From NCBI GenBank assembly GCA_001179505.1, contig CDMY01000309.1:1-64000 (forward strand): a stretch of 64,000 bases of DNA, written 5' to 3'. This DNA is from Vitrella brassicaformis CCMP3155. Lineage: Eukaryota; Protista; Chromerida. The position numbers and the translations under genes were made by a program. Below are positions 1 to 11,779 of the stretch, in pieces (the stretch's first letter is position 1; every line of letters starts with the position of its first letter). A model generated the notes under the pieces. It was not told the DNA's origin, did no database searches, and was given only the letters and a program-made list of their open reading frames with translations.

Positions 1-240
1 ACCACACAGACACAGAGGAGACAATGAGGATGTGTGTGTCTGCCAGTGTTTCGCTCGGTGCATACGATTTGGCTGAAGCGCTGCGCAAAGGCCTCTAAGT
101 CTATGCTGTGTGTGGCGTGCGATGCTGTGGCCTGCTGCTGGCCGTCGGTGTCCATCACGGCGGTTTCCGTCCTCCACGTCATCCTCCTCTCTCTCTCGCT
201 CTGCCGTCTGCCTCTGCCGCCTCTTCAACGACTCACTCAT
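1..240 (-). CDS. First exon of another copy (copy 0) of the lineage-expanded F-box/LRR-like family; continues off the left edge
   Basis: ATG at 240 gives MSESLKRRQRQT..., matching the first exons at 7520, 9495 and 47415. The same intron sequence (cattgtc...tgtgtggt) follows. Confidence 0.75.
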   Translation of the reverse strand, partial: MSESLKRRQRQTAEREREEDDVEDGNRRDGHRRPAAGHSIARHTQHRLRGLCAALQPNRMHRAKHWQTHTSSLSPLCLCG

Positions 241-567
241 CGCTCCTCGCGCCCAGCACACAATTATCTACGGAAGGGCTGCACACAGGCAGGCGGGAAG
301 CGGAGAGAAGGCACGGTTATCCTTGGTGCTGAGGCACTCAAAGCACATCGCGCACTCGCCATCAGGTATAGCGTAGCTTCGGGCAGCGGTGTGTCAGAGA
401 CGAGGGCTTCCCTTCTCGCCTTTTTCAAGCTCGCAGTGCGATCGTGAGGCGAAGGGCAGCCTGCGATTGGAGGCATCCAGGTGAGAGAGCAGACCCAAAA
501 TAGCTTGCATGCGCCTCTCAATGCTGTCTGCATGTCTTATTTCACCAGGCCGCCTCACTCATCAGCC

Positions 568-1179
568 ATGAGTCGGGGCAGAGGAATGGCTGAGCCTTCT
601 GCGATAGATCCGAGGGACATAGCGCTTGTCAGCATCCACTTCTCATTCGCCGACACCCTGTCGGAGGACGGCATCTACAGCAAAGACGCCAAGACAAAGG
701 TGCGCAGGAGTGCCGTGCCCGACGTACGCTGCCTGAGAGTGTGCATCCGTCCTGTTGCACCCGTGCATGCAGGCATTCCACATTCTCAACGTGCAGAGAT
801 GCACCAAGCAGATCTTCCTCTACGGGAAGAGTGGCCGGCCCGCCTGGGAGGCCATGACGCGGCTGCTGACGCACAACGACCATGCGCTCCTCAAGGTGCT
901 CTTTGCCGCCTTCCTCGATGCATCCATGCCGGAGCACCAAATGTAAGCGCAATCAAGGCATGATCGGGCGTATCTGTGCGCGGTGAGTGTGCTTTCTGCG
1001 TGTGTGGTGGTCCATTCAGTGCTGCCTGGGGCGCATTTTCGGTGCTATTTCTGCTAGATTGGATGCTGGCTGGGTAGCGTCGGAGCTCATGGCCATTGTG
1101 GGGGGCTTTGAGCCGTTCTGCCGGGTGGTGGCGGAGGTGGACAGAGGGCAACACAAACCATACCAGCTCCGTGTCACAA
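568..1179 (+). CDS. Three-exon 5' part of an unknown gene (~140 aa) whose 3' end is replaced by the duplication arm
   Basis: Exons 568-699, 773-942 and 1058-1179 are joined by GT-AG introns with matching phases (0 and 2), giving one continuous frame MSRGRGMAEP...HKPYQLRVT. Confidence 0.6.
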
Positions 1180-1238
1180 GTAAGCCCATAGCGGATTCAA
1201 GGCACCTCATGATGTGTGTGATGCTTGTGTGTATGCAG

Positions 1239-1649
1239 TGTGCCATTGCCTCTCTCGCGCTCACGGTATGCGCGGGCAGGCCTCAGGCTGCTGCAAGGAA
1301 AAGACCCATGATTTGCATGTCTGTGCGGCTGTGTGTATTTGCTGCAGGCAGGTGTGGCCCACGGCGACGCTCTCATATCTGAGTCGTCCCTTGTGGAGCG
1401 CCTGGCGCCCCTCTTGCCCTCCGACCTGGCCACAAAGGGCATGACCCTCCAGCAGCTGGCGCCTCTCGTGGACGCTGCCGGCCTCCGCCCGTCGACACAC
1501 TTGGCCGCTGACAGCTCAGTGGAGGCCTTCCGTGATGCGTGCTGCGCGTCGCTGCGGCGGGGGGTGCCGGTCATCGTCAACTATGACATGACCTGCCTGG
1601 GGCAAGAAGGGGTCAGTGCGACTGCACCACGGGCGCAGGAATGCGTGTA

Positions 1650-1680
<31 letters not shown>

Positions 1681-1901
1681 GTGCTTGTGTGCAGGTGGGT
1701 GGCCATTTCTCGGTGGTGGGTGCGTATGCGCCGAGCTGCGATCGTTTCCTTTTGCTGGATGTGTGGCCGGAGACGCCGCTCGTGTGGGCGACGGCAAGTC
1801 AGCTGTATGCTGCCATGGACACCATCGATGGGGATAGCGGGAGGAGCAGGGGTTTTGTCACTGTCGAGCGGAAGGATGGGCCAGGCAGGCAGTCAGATTG
1901 A
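1239..1901 (+). pseudogene. 5'-truncated copy of the phytochelatin-synthase-like (peptidase C83) gene
   Basis: Exons CAIASLALT / AGVAHGDAL...GQEG / VGGHFSVVGAY...LLLDVW...RSRGF are near-identical to 53558-54212. The first exon (with the oxyanion Gln) is absent because homology starts at 1213. Confidence 0.7.
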
Positions 1902-2377
1902 GCGCTCCGTGCGTCTTTGTGACAAAGCGACAGAGGCCGTCAGGTCTGTGTGAGTTTGTGGATAGGGCTTCTCCTGCCTGTGAGTCTACTTGATGAGCAG
2001 CATGAGCAGATGGATGGATGGATGGATGCAGCGGACATGGCTTCGATCAACGCAACGATGCAGAGCGAATGCGGCCATTGAAACTGACACTCCACACTGT
2101 TTTCAACCATCAACTCTCGAGTCTATGTACAAGTCCAGCAGGCAGGCAGGCAGGCAGGCAGGCACTAGCCACGCTCTAGTAGTCTGGTCCCTCCGTCATG
2201 GCACCCCTCCCTCCCTCCCTCCCTCCCTCTCTCTGCAGCTAAGCTATGCTACACATCAATCAACTAGTGATTGGCCGATGGGTATAGGGGGTGGGCGACC
2301 TGGCAGACACACATCGTCAGCACTGCATGAGCCCGTCCATTCAAGATAGCCACACACTGAGTACCTGTGGTCGTCTG

Positions 2378-4581
2378 TCAGGTGTCCAGGGGTTTCAGGA
2401 TGAGCATGTTCTCCTGATATCCACCCCAGCTAATGTCATGCCGCTTCTCCAGCCCCTCGATGGCGTCGCCATTGGTCCGCTCCTCCACCAGCCGCTTGAA
2501 GGCCTCGTTGGGGATCGGCTGGAACCGAAGCTCCTTGATGCCTCGGATCTTGAGCAGCGACCTGACGCACGCAATGCCGAACTCACCGGCGGCATCGCCA
2601 TCGCCCAAATCCTCAGGCACTGCACACACAGGGAAGGACACAAACCATGGGATGGAATGGATGGATGGATGGGAGTCAGACACCTTTCTTTCACTCATGC
2701 ATGGCTGACCTTCTACGAACATCTCCAGTACTGAGATGGTCGGCAGCTTGTCGGCCATGTCCCCCCACGTCACGCCCCCCTCCCCCAGACCCATCACACA
2801 GCCGCTATCGAAGCGCTCTAAGTGTCTGCCCCGACCCAGCGCCTGCAGCATGCCCACGGCTTGCTCTTCAGTCGGGTCGGTCACAGAGAGGTCAATCTCT
2901 TTGACCGCGGGCATCTTGTGCACCATCTTGCGCCCCATCACCTTGGCCTCCCTGCTGTTGACGATAAGGCGACGTGCGGCGGGGAATGCGTTGTGGGGCA
3001 GGTGGTTGAGCACAACCGGGTCCGGCTGCACTTCCTCCTCGGCATACACCACATCGTCGTCCTCGGTGATCACCACATCGAGCACCTTGGTGAAGGTCAG
3101 GGAGTGTGCGAGGGCGATGGCAGCGGGGCTGGGCGTGTCGAGGGGCCCGGGGTTGGTGAGGTGGTGGGGGCGGACGGTGAAGAAGGCACTGAGCGATGCG
3201 GCCGCCATCTGCTGTATGTGCCTCTGGATGAAGGGGGAGGGCTCCGGGCGCGTGGGCACGTCGCAGAGGAGGCCGAGGTCGAAGTACTCGGTCTCGTGCA
3301 AGTGCTCCTCGGAGAGGAGGATGCTGATGTCGACGGGGATGTCGGGCTTCACACACACGGTGCGTGTGAAGGTCTCGATCGCCGACAGGGTGGGGAAGAT
3401 GCGCCTGTCGATGGGCTCCATCTCGAACTTGGCCTTGAAGCGCTTGATGGACCGGCAGCCACGGTCGACAAGGACGGTCTGCAGAAAGACACAGCCACAA
3501 GTGAGTGAGTGATGAGCAGTGCGAAGATTCTGTCTTTCTGTGCGGCGTGGACACACCTGGAGGCGGCCTAGTCCCTCACGCCACCCATCGAAGCCAATAT
3601 CAGCACCCATCGTCACAAAGGTGAGCGTCCCGACATCCTCCAGCTGGGACAGCGGTCCCGGCTGGCGCGCCTCTGCCGCCGGGAGGCGCCTCAGCGTGTT
3701 GGCCATGCTGTCGGGATTGGAATGCACCTGCAGCTCCTTGAGGCGTCGGGACGCCCCCACCATGTCCCCCAGCTCCCCACCTAGCGCCGTCCACTCTGTC
3801 TGGACCCTCTCGAGTGCTGGGAGACGCCACTTCCGCCGGCGGCCGGGGAACGCTGGCTGTCTAGGTCCACGAATCGAATCCTCATCTCCGGGGATGCCCG
3901 TGATGGATGTGAGGGATGTGAGGGTGGGGGGNNNNNNNNNNNNNNNNNNNNNNNNNNNNNNNNNNNNNNNNNNNNNNNNNNNNNNNNNNNNNNNNNNNNN
4001 NNNNNNNNNNNNNNNNNNNNNNNNNNNNNNNNNNNNNNNNNNNNNNNNNNNNNNNNNNNNNNNNNNNNNNNNNNNNNNNNNNNNNNNNNNNNNNNNNNNN
4101 NNNNNNNNNNNNNNNNNNNNNNNNNNNNNNNNNNNNNNNNNNNNNNNNNNNNNNNNNNNNNNNNNNNNNNNNNNNNNNNNNNNNNNNNNNNNNNNNNNNN
4201 NNNNNNNNNNNNNNNNNNNNNNNNNNNNNNNGTGGCGCCACAGCCGCTGGGGCAGCGCCGCCACCAAATGAAGCGACACGAACGAAAAGACGTAGGCAAC
4301 GACGACAGGCTGAGTGGACAACACACACCACACAGACACAGAGAGAGCAGACAATGAGGATGTGTGTGTTTGCCAGTGTTTTCGTTCGGTACATCTTACG
4401 ATTTGGCTGAAGCGCTGTGCGAAGGCCTCCAGATCTATGCTATGCGGCACGTGCGATGCCGGCTGCTGTTGGTGCTGCTGGCCGTCCGTCATGGCCTCCT
4501 CACCACTGGTCTCCTCCCAATTGTCTCCTCCTCTCCACCGACCCGCCTCTGCCGCTTCGCCACCGCCTCCGAATCGCTCAT
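2378..4581 (-). CDS. Lineage-expanded F-box/LRR-like family, copy 1 (interrupted by N gap 3932-4231)
   Basis: Begins MSDSEAVAKRQRR, carries the conserved PVVVAYVFSFVSLHLVAALPQRLWRH block and repeated LxxLxxLxV segments, and ends ENMLILKPLDT* at 2378. Confidence 0.8.
3932..4231. other. Assembly gap (300 N); the others are at 7583-7882, 18287-18586, 22977-23276, 23911-24210 and 51509-51808
   Basis: All six gaps are exactly 300 N, so they are placeholder lengths. Most abut poly-G/C tracts or repeats. Confidence 0.98.
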
Positions 4582-5290
4582 CGCTCAACACCAACACAGT
4601 CAACTATCTACCGACCAGACGACAGCCCGACAGCATCCGGCCATGGCTGGGCTGCACAGAATGAATAATCCACGCGTTCAAGTGAATGATCCCTGGTGGA
4701 CGTGTTGTGTTCGGTGCGCACTGCACGGACCAAATTGGCACGGACTCCTCGTGTGCATTGTCTGTCCTTGGAGCCATCCGCAGCCCGCCTCTGCCGCTTC
4801 GCACGGGCGGCGGGTTTGAACCCTGCAGTTGGAAACCCTGACGATTTACACTGTCGGTTGAGTGGAATGAAATGTGTCCAAACCCCCACTGAGAGTTCGC
4901 ACGCGACTCGGCCGGCAGCACACGCATACTCATCCAGGCTGTGCCTCCCCGTAAATGCATGTACTTATGTGCTTAACGAATGATCCAGCTGCAACGTCAG
5001 ACAGACAGACAGACAGATCAACGTTCGGTCCTCATGTGTGTCTGTACAAGTCCAGCACACGCATTCATCCACGAGCGATGCAGCTTAATTAGTCCACCGC
5101 ACAGCGGCCACCCATGAGAGCATCCCGCCATCGTGGCACTCAGCCTCCCAACATCTATTCCTCTGCACGATCTACAGCTAGCATGGGCCGGCCGACCTGA
5201 CGGGCAAACAACAATGCGGCCCAATAGACACCACAGGCAGTGGAGAAGCGCGCGCATACAAGACAGCCAAACCGCACCTGTCGTCTTTCG

Positions 5291-7520
5291 TCAGGTGTCA
5301 AGCCGCTTGAGAATGAGTTGCTGTCGAGAGTATTTCCAGCCCCACTCGATGTCATACCGCCCCTCCACCCCCTCAATGGTGTAGCCATGTGTCCGCTCCT
5401 CCACCAGCCGCTTGAAGGTATCGGGCGGCCGCACCGCGAACTTGAGCTCCTTGATGCCTCGGATCTTGAGCAGCGACTTGACACACGCAATGCCGAACTC
5501 GCCAGCGGCATCGCCATCACCCAAATCATGAGGCACTGCACACACAAGAAGGCATACATAACATCCAATGGGCTGGCGTGCGAGAGCTGCCGATTGGTTG
5601 CAGCTCACCTTCTATGGTAATAACCAGCCGTGTGATGGTCGGAAGCTGATCGGCACGGTCGCCCCACGTCAGCCCCCCCTCACCCACACCCGTCACCCAC
5701 CCGAGGGTGAAACACTCCAACGACTTCCCCCCGCCCACCGCCTCCAGCACCCCCACCGCTTGCTCCTCTGTCGGGCCCAAGAGGTCAATGCTCTTCACGA
5801 CGGGCATCTTGCTCAGCAGCCTGCGGCCACCCGCATGCTGCTTGCTGGTTTGAATCGAGAGACGCGATGCGGCCGGGAATGCGTTGTGGGACATGCTGTC
5901 AATCACAACTGGGTCAGCCTGGTCTACATCAACGTCGAGCTCGTCGCCCCAGACCTCCACGGTCGCCGCATTGGGGAAGGTCAGGGACTGTGCAAGGACG
6001 ATGGCAGTGGGGCTGGGCGTGTCGAGTGGGGTGGTGAGGTGGTGGGGGCGATGGTGAAGGACACTTCGGAGGCTTTGGCAACCAGCTCTTGGATGTGTCT
6101 CTGCACGAAGGGGGAGGGCTCCGGGCTTGTGGGAGTGTCGCAGAGGAGCGACAGGTCGAAGACTTCGATGGCGGTCTTGACGTCGACGGGGATGTCGGGC
6201 CTGACGCACACGGCACGTGTGGAGGCCTCGATGGCCGAGAGGGTAGCGAAGATGCTGCTGTCGATGCACCAGTCCTCGAGCTTGATGCTGAGCTTCTTGA
6301 TGGAGCGGCAGCCACGGTCGACAAGGACGGCCTGCACAAAGACACACGCACATTACAAGCAAGCTCTTGCCCACTCTCTCTCTCGTGTATCTTGTGTGGC
6401 TCGCCGCACACCTGAAGGCCCTCCAGACCCCTAGCGCCAGTTCTCATCCTGAGGGTCCCGATGTCCTCGAGCTGTGACAGCGGCCCCGGCTGGCCGGCGG
6501 CTGCCACAGTGATGCGCCTCAGCGACTCAGCCATGGCGTCAGGATTGCTTTCCACGTGCAGCTCCTTGAGGCGCCGTGACGTAGCCACCAGCTCTCCCAA
6601 CACCCCACCGTCATCCACCCTCCCCTCGACCTGCACCTGCACCCTCTCGAGTGACGGCAGCTGCCAGTGGCGCCCGCGGCCGAGACAGATGCCGTCACTG
6701 GATGTCCCTTGCACTGTGATGGATCTGAGGGATGTGAAGGTGGGGGGCGGGTCGAGGGGAGGGGCGAAGGCCGCCGACGGCTCTGTCGCAGCAGCTCGGA
6801 TATCGCGATACTCGTCCTCGTCGAGGCCCATGGCAAAGTTGCCTCTTCTGTATTCGATCGACTCCAAGGTGGTTGGCGCCCTCTGCCCGGCTGCCAACAT
6901 CACTGCTCTCCGCCCCTCGCTGTGGCCCTCCACCAATGCCGTGACGATCTTGTCGCTCATCCGCGACAGCACAGTGTCGTAGTCATAAACGTGCCCACTT
7001 GGGGTTTCTCTTAGGATGCGGAGGGCCCAGGGAGACTTGACGACGATGGACTTGAGCCGTGTGAGCCGCCGGCCCCACTCGAAGGCGTCAGCGAATGAGA
7101 GGCCGCACCAGAAGCGCCGCTCGGCGGTGTCGTGGGTGTCCATTACCAGCTGGGTGATCTGGCAGCCGACGTGGCGCCACAGCCGCTGGGGCAGCGCCGC
7201 CACCAAATGAAGCGACACGAACGAGAAGACGTAGGCAACAACAACAGGCTGAGTGGACAACACACACCACACAGAGAGAGCAGACAATGAGGATGTGTGT
7301 GTCTGCCAGTGGTTCGTTTGATGCATCTTACGATTTGGCTGAATCGCTGTGCGAAGGCCTCCAGATCTATCCTGTGTGTAGTGTGCGATGCCGTGACTGG
7401 CTGCTGCTGCTGCTGCTGCTGCTGGCCGTCGGTGTCCATCTCGGCCTCGCGTCCATCATCCAAGTCATGCTCCTCTCCCTCGACTGTCTGCCTCTGCCGC
7501 TTCAATGCCGACTCACTCAT
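5291..7520 (-). CDS. Same family, copy 2
   Basis: MSESALKRQRQT at 7520 through RQQLILKRLDT* at 5291, with the same four intron positions as the other copies. Confidence 0.8.
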
Positions 7521-7882
7521 CGCTCCTCACCACCGGCCAAAGCTATGTCTTGACAGAAGCACCATGCTCTAGCCAACTGAGCNNNNNNNNNNNNNNNNNN
7601 NNNNNNNNNNNNNNNNNNNNNNNNNNNNNNNNNNNNNNNNNNNNNNNNNNNNNNNNNNNNNNNNNNNNNNNNNNNNNNNNNNNNNNNNNNNNNNNNNNNN
7701 NNNNNNNNNNNNNNNNNNNNNNNNNNNNNNNNNNNNNNNNNNNNNNNNNNNNNNNNNNNNNNNNNNNNNNNNNNNNNNNNNNNNNNNNNNNNNNNNNNNN
7801 NNNNNNNNNNNNNNNNNNNNNNNNNNNNNNNNNNNNNNNNNNNNNNNNNNNNNNNNNNNNNNNNNNNNNNNNNNNNNNNNNN

Positions 7883-9495
7883 ACAGCGACTCTGCGAGTG
7901 CGATGGCGGCGGGGCTGGGCGTGTCGAGAGGGGTGGTGAGATGGTGGGGGCGGATGGTGAAGAAGGCACCGAGCGATGCGGCCGCCATCTGCTGGATGTG
8001 CCTCTGGATGAAGGGGGAGGGCTCCGGGCGCGTAGGCACGTCGCACAGGAGGCTGAGGTCGAAGTACTCGGTCTCGTGCAAGTGCTCCTCGGAGAGGGTG
8101 ATGCCGATGTCGACGGGGATGTCGGGCTTTACACACACGGTGCGTGTGAAGGTCTCGATCGCCGACAGGGTGGGGAAGATGCGCCTGTCGATGGGCTCCA
8201 TCTCGAATTTGGCCTTGAACCGCTTGATGGACCGGCAGCCACGGTCGACAAGGGCGGTCTGCAGAAAGACACAGCCACAAGTGAGTCATGAGCAGTGCGA
8301 AGATTCTCTCTCTCTCTCTGTTTGCGTGTGGCTCGTCAGATACACACCTGGAGGCGGCCTAGTCCCTCACGCCACTCATCGAAGCTAATGAAATCATCCA
8401 TCGCCACAAAGGTGAGCGTGCCGACATCCTCCAGCTGTGACAGCGGTCCAGGCTGGCCCGCCTCTGCCACCGGGAGGCGCCTCAGCGTGTTGGCCATGCT
8501 GTCGGGATTGGAATGCACCTGCAGCTCCTTGAGGCGTCGGGACGCCCCCACCATGTCCCCCAGCTCCCCACCTAGCGCCGTCCACTCTGTCTGGACCCTC
8601 TCGAGTGCTGGGAGACGCCACTTCCGCCGGCGGCCGGGGAACGCTGGCTGTCTAGGTCCACGAATCGAATCCTCATCTCCGGGGATGCCCGTGATGGATG
8701 TGAGGGATGTGAGGGTGGGGGGCGGGTCGAGGGGCGCGGGGAGGGATCCTTTCTTCTGCCGTCGTCTGATGCGCTGGAGCTCCCGACTCTCGTCGTCATC
8801 GATGGCTATCGCCGAGTTGAATTCTCTGTACTCGATGGACTCGAGTGTGCCCCCGGCCGGCTGCCCCGCTGCCGCTGCCGCGGCCCTCTGGCCCTCGCAA
8901 TGCCCCTCTACCACCATCGGCACGACGGAACTCAGTATGTGCATCAAACATTCAGGGCTCTTGCGGCGCATAGCACGGCTGTCCCTTGGGATGGCGAAGA
9001 AGCTTGGGTATCGCGCGACGATGGACCTGAGCCGTGTGAGCCGCCGCCCCCACTCGAAGGCGTCAGCGAATGAGAGGCCGCACCAGAAGCGCCGCTCGGC
9101 GGTGTCGTGGGTGTCCATTACCAGCTGGGTGATCTGGCAGCCGACGTGGCGCCACAGCCGCTGGGGCAGCGCCGCCACCAAATGAAGCGACACGAACGAG
9201 AAGACGTAGGCAACAACAACAGGCTGAGTGGACAACACACACCACACAGAGAGAGCAGACAATGAGGATGTGTGTGTCTGCCAGTGGTTCGTTTGATGCA
9301 TCTTACGATTTGGCTGAATCGCTGTGCGAAGGCCTCCAGATCTATCCTGTGTGTAGTGTGCGATGCCGTGACTGGCTGCTGCTGCTGCTGCTGCTGCTGG
9401 CCGTCGGTGTCCATCTCGGCCTCGCGTCCATCATCCAAGTCATGCTCCTCTCCCTCGACTGTCTGCCTCTGCCGCTTCAATGCCGACTCACTCAT
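7883..9495 (-). CDS. Same family, copy 3 (3' end lost in N gap 7583-7882)
   Basis: ATG at 9495. The 5' ~450 bp is identical to copy 2; the body is near-identical to copy 5. Confidence 0.7.
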
Positions 9496-9532
9496 CGCTC
9501 CTCACCACCGGCCAAAGCTATGTCTTGACAGA

Positions 9533-9566
9533 AGCACCATGCTCTAGCCAACTGAGCCAACGGACC
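9533..9566 (-). pseudogene. 5' half of a tRNA (tRNA-Ile(AAU)-like), truncated at U33
   Basis: Minus strand reads GGTCCGT TG GCTC AGTTGGCTA GAGC A TGGTG CT: a 7-nt acceptor strand, a perfect 4-bp D stem with canonical loop, a perfect Pol III A box (TGGCTCAGTTGG), the 5' anticodon stem and C32-U33. No T arm or 3' acceptor follows. Confidence 0.7.
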
Positions 9567-9920
9567 ACTGGCTCCGCTGCCCCATCACTTTCCTGCCTAC
9601 TTGCTTTCCTGCTTTCTGTCAACGTCCCATCTGCGGCCGTTTTGCTGTGCAGCCACCAACAGGCGAGGTGGCTCCCGCCGATGTACCAGGCCTTCTTTTG
9701 TCACCTCTCCCCTCACATCCAAGCTCGCATATCTCTCCGGGTGCTCGCGCGAAACCGCTGCTGCCTTCTCCTCGGCAGAGAGATTTCGAGGCTTACTCGG
9801 CCGCCTAACGACACCCGGCCTGCAGGATATCCCAGCAGCACCTTGAAATTGCCCTCCAAGCCACCATCTCCCCCATCAGTCCGGCGTTCTTTCTCTCCGG
9901 ACGACTCTTCGCCGCTGAAG

Positions 9921-11439
9921 ATGACGAAGATGCACCGGCTCTGCATCGTCCTCTTCTGCTGTTTCGTGCTCCTGATCCATGGGCGGCTGCCGAGATCCAT
10001 CCAGCGCACTCCTGCACATGCAGCAGCAATCAACCAGCTGCGGCCGAGGCAAGCGGCTGACCATGACGATGCGGCTTTTGTTTTCCCTGCAGCTGCCGGC
10101 TGCGCACCGAGGAACGGCCCGTCATGTCGGTACATCAGCCCCTTTCCACCCCGTCATCGGCCGTCAACGGCGCTGTCCGACAGCGAGTCGTCAGTGTCCC
10201 CCACCCCAGTGGCCGTCAAGGCATCTACCCCGCCTCAATCGGTCTCCCCGCTGGCGCTGGTCTACATGGCGATGATGCTGGGCTCGTGGCTGGGAGGGGC
10301 CTATCTGTTGCAGGGGCTGCAGACAGCCACGGGAGCTGCATCGACCTTCCAGCGTCCCTTCTTCCTCACCTGGGTCACTCAGGTGGCCTTCAGTGGCATG
10401 CTCGTCCTGCAAAAGCTCCGGACGAGGGGCGAGGGAAGTGTGGCTGCCGCTGATGATCGGCCGTTGACGACTGAGGAGAGGGTGGGGAGGCTGCTGCTGG
10501 TGCCGAGGCGAGTGGTGAGGCAAGTGCGGCTGGGTCGGCTGGTGACCCTCTCCTCCATTCTGTTGCTGTACCGGTGGCTGTGGACGCTGAGCCTTCAGGA
10601 GACCGCTGTGTCCCTCAACACAGCCCTGTTCAACAGCCACGTCTTCATGGTGTTTCTGCTGTCGGCGATCTTCCTCAACGAGCGAGTGACGGCTGTCAAG
10701 CTGCTCGCCGTTGTGTGTGGGTCTCTTGGTGTGCTATACATGACTGGCCTGAAGGGGGTCTTGGGCGCCCTCCTTCCATTTGGCGCACGTGCTGCTGGCG
10801 CTGGTGCCTCGATCGGCAGCTGCAGCCTTCGTGGCTGCCTGCTGACGATTTTGTCCGCTGTGGCCTACTCCGTCTATGCGAGTGAGAGGAGGACACCGAT
10901 TGCAGTGTGCAGCGACGGTCATGTGATGGATCTTTCTCTTGCTGTGCTCTGTGTGTGTGTGTGCAGTTGCGTACAAGCAGTGGGTGCCGGCCGAATTGAC
11001 GCTAGATGTGGTCGCAGGACAAGGCACAACGGTACGCCAACACACGATGGATGCACACAAGATATCTGGCCATCCGACACACATGTGCATGTGCTGTCTG
11101 CCGTTTGGTAACCAGGCCTTGACTGCGCTCCCCCTGTTCCCCCTCCTCCACGCGACGTCAGTAGAGCGACTGGCCCTTCCACCGATTCCCTCCCTCATGC
11201 CCTTGGCAGCCCTGGCCGTCGGGGGACTGGCATATTATCTGTTTTACTCCCTGGCTCTCAGTCAGGCGTCGCCCTTGTTCGTGGCCATAGGCCAGATGCT
11301 GATACTTCCTGTTGCAGCTCTCATTGACACGTGTGTCAAGGATGTGAGGCCGTCCAGTGATGAGCTGATCGGTGCTGGCTTGATATTGCTGGCTTTTGGG
11401 GGTCTGGCCGGGGGAGGGAAGGGGAAGAAAGAAGATTAG
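9921..11439 (+). CDS. DMT/EamA-superfamily (SLC35F-like) multi-pass transporter with an N-terminal signal-like extension
   Basis: About 10 hydrophobic helices. Motifs RPFFLTW, LQETAVSLNTALFNSHVFMVFLLSAIFLNERVTAVKLLAV and SPLFVAIGQMLILP are typical of SLC35F transporters. Two introns lie near 10880-11110. Confidence 0.8.
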
Positions 11440-11779
11440 ACGGGCAGAGGGAGATGCAGAGGGGGAGGGAGAGGGAGAGGGAGGAGAGTGACAGTTTTCG
11501 GCATGTGAGGCGAGAGTAGGAGGCTTTTTCGGTAGATAGTGTGAGTGAGAGAGGCAGTCCATTTATGTGCCGTGGAGACATGCGTCCATGCAGCCATTTC
11601 TTGTCGTTCTCGAAGTGCGAAGTGGAAATGAGGCGACTGAGAAAGTGACCATGAATCGAACGAACCAAGGAACTGTCACACATGTCAACGAGACACATTG
11701 CGATACTCCGCACCCACCGACTGCAAAAAGAAGCAATGCCGTCCCCTCAGCCGTCACTCAATATTCACACCATGGCCCC

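Larger units (their letters stand above)
1213..9530. repeat. Left arm of a large inverted segmental duplication
   Basis: The reverse complement matches in order: 1213-2400 with 53050-54238, copy 1 with copy 5, 4600-5600 with 49440-50400, and copy 2 with copy 4. The copy 3 body is near-identical to copy 5. Confidence 0.9.

Noticed and set aside
4704-4733. GTTCGG...GCACGGACCA as the missing tRNA 3' half
   Set aside because: It is on the wrong strand relative to the 5' half, lacks A58, and cannot form a proper T stem.
9533-9566. A complete tRNA-Arg(UCU) gene read through CT-TCT-GT
   Set aside because: The anticodon stem pairs at only 3 of 5 positions and there is no T arm or 3' acceptor strand, so it is reported only as a 5' half.
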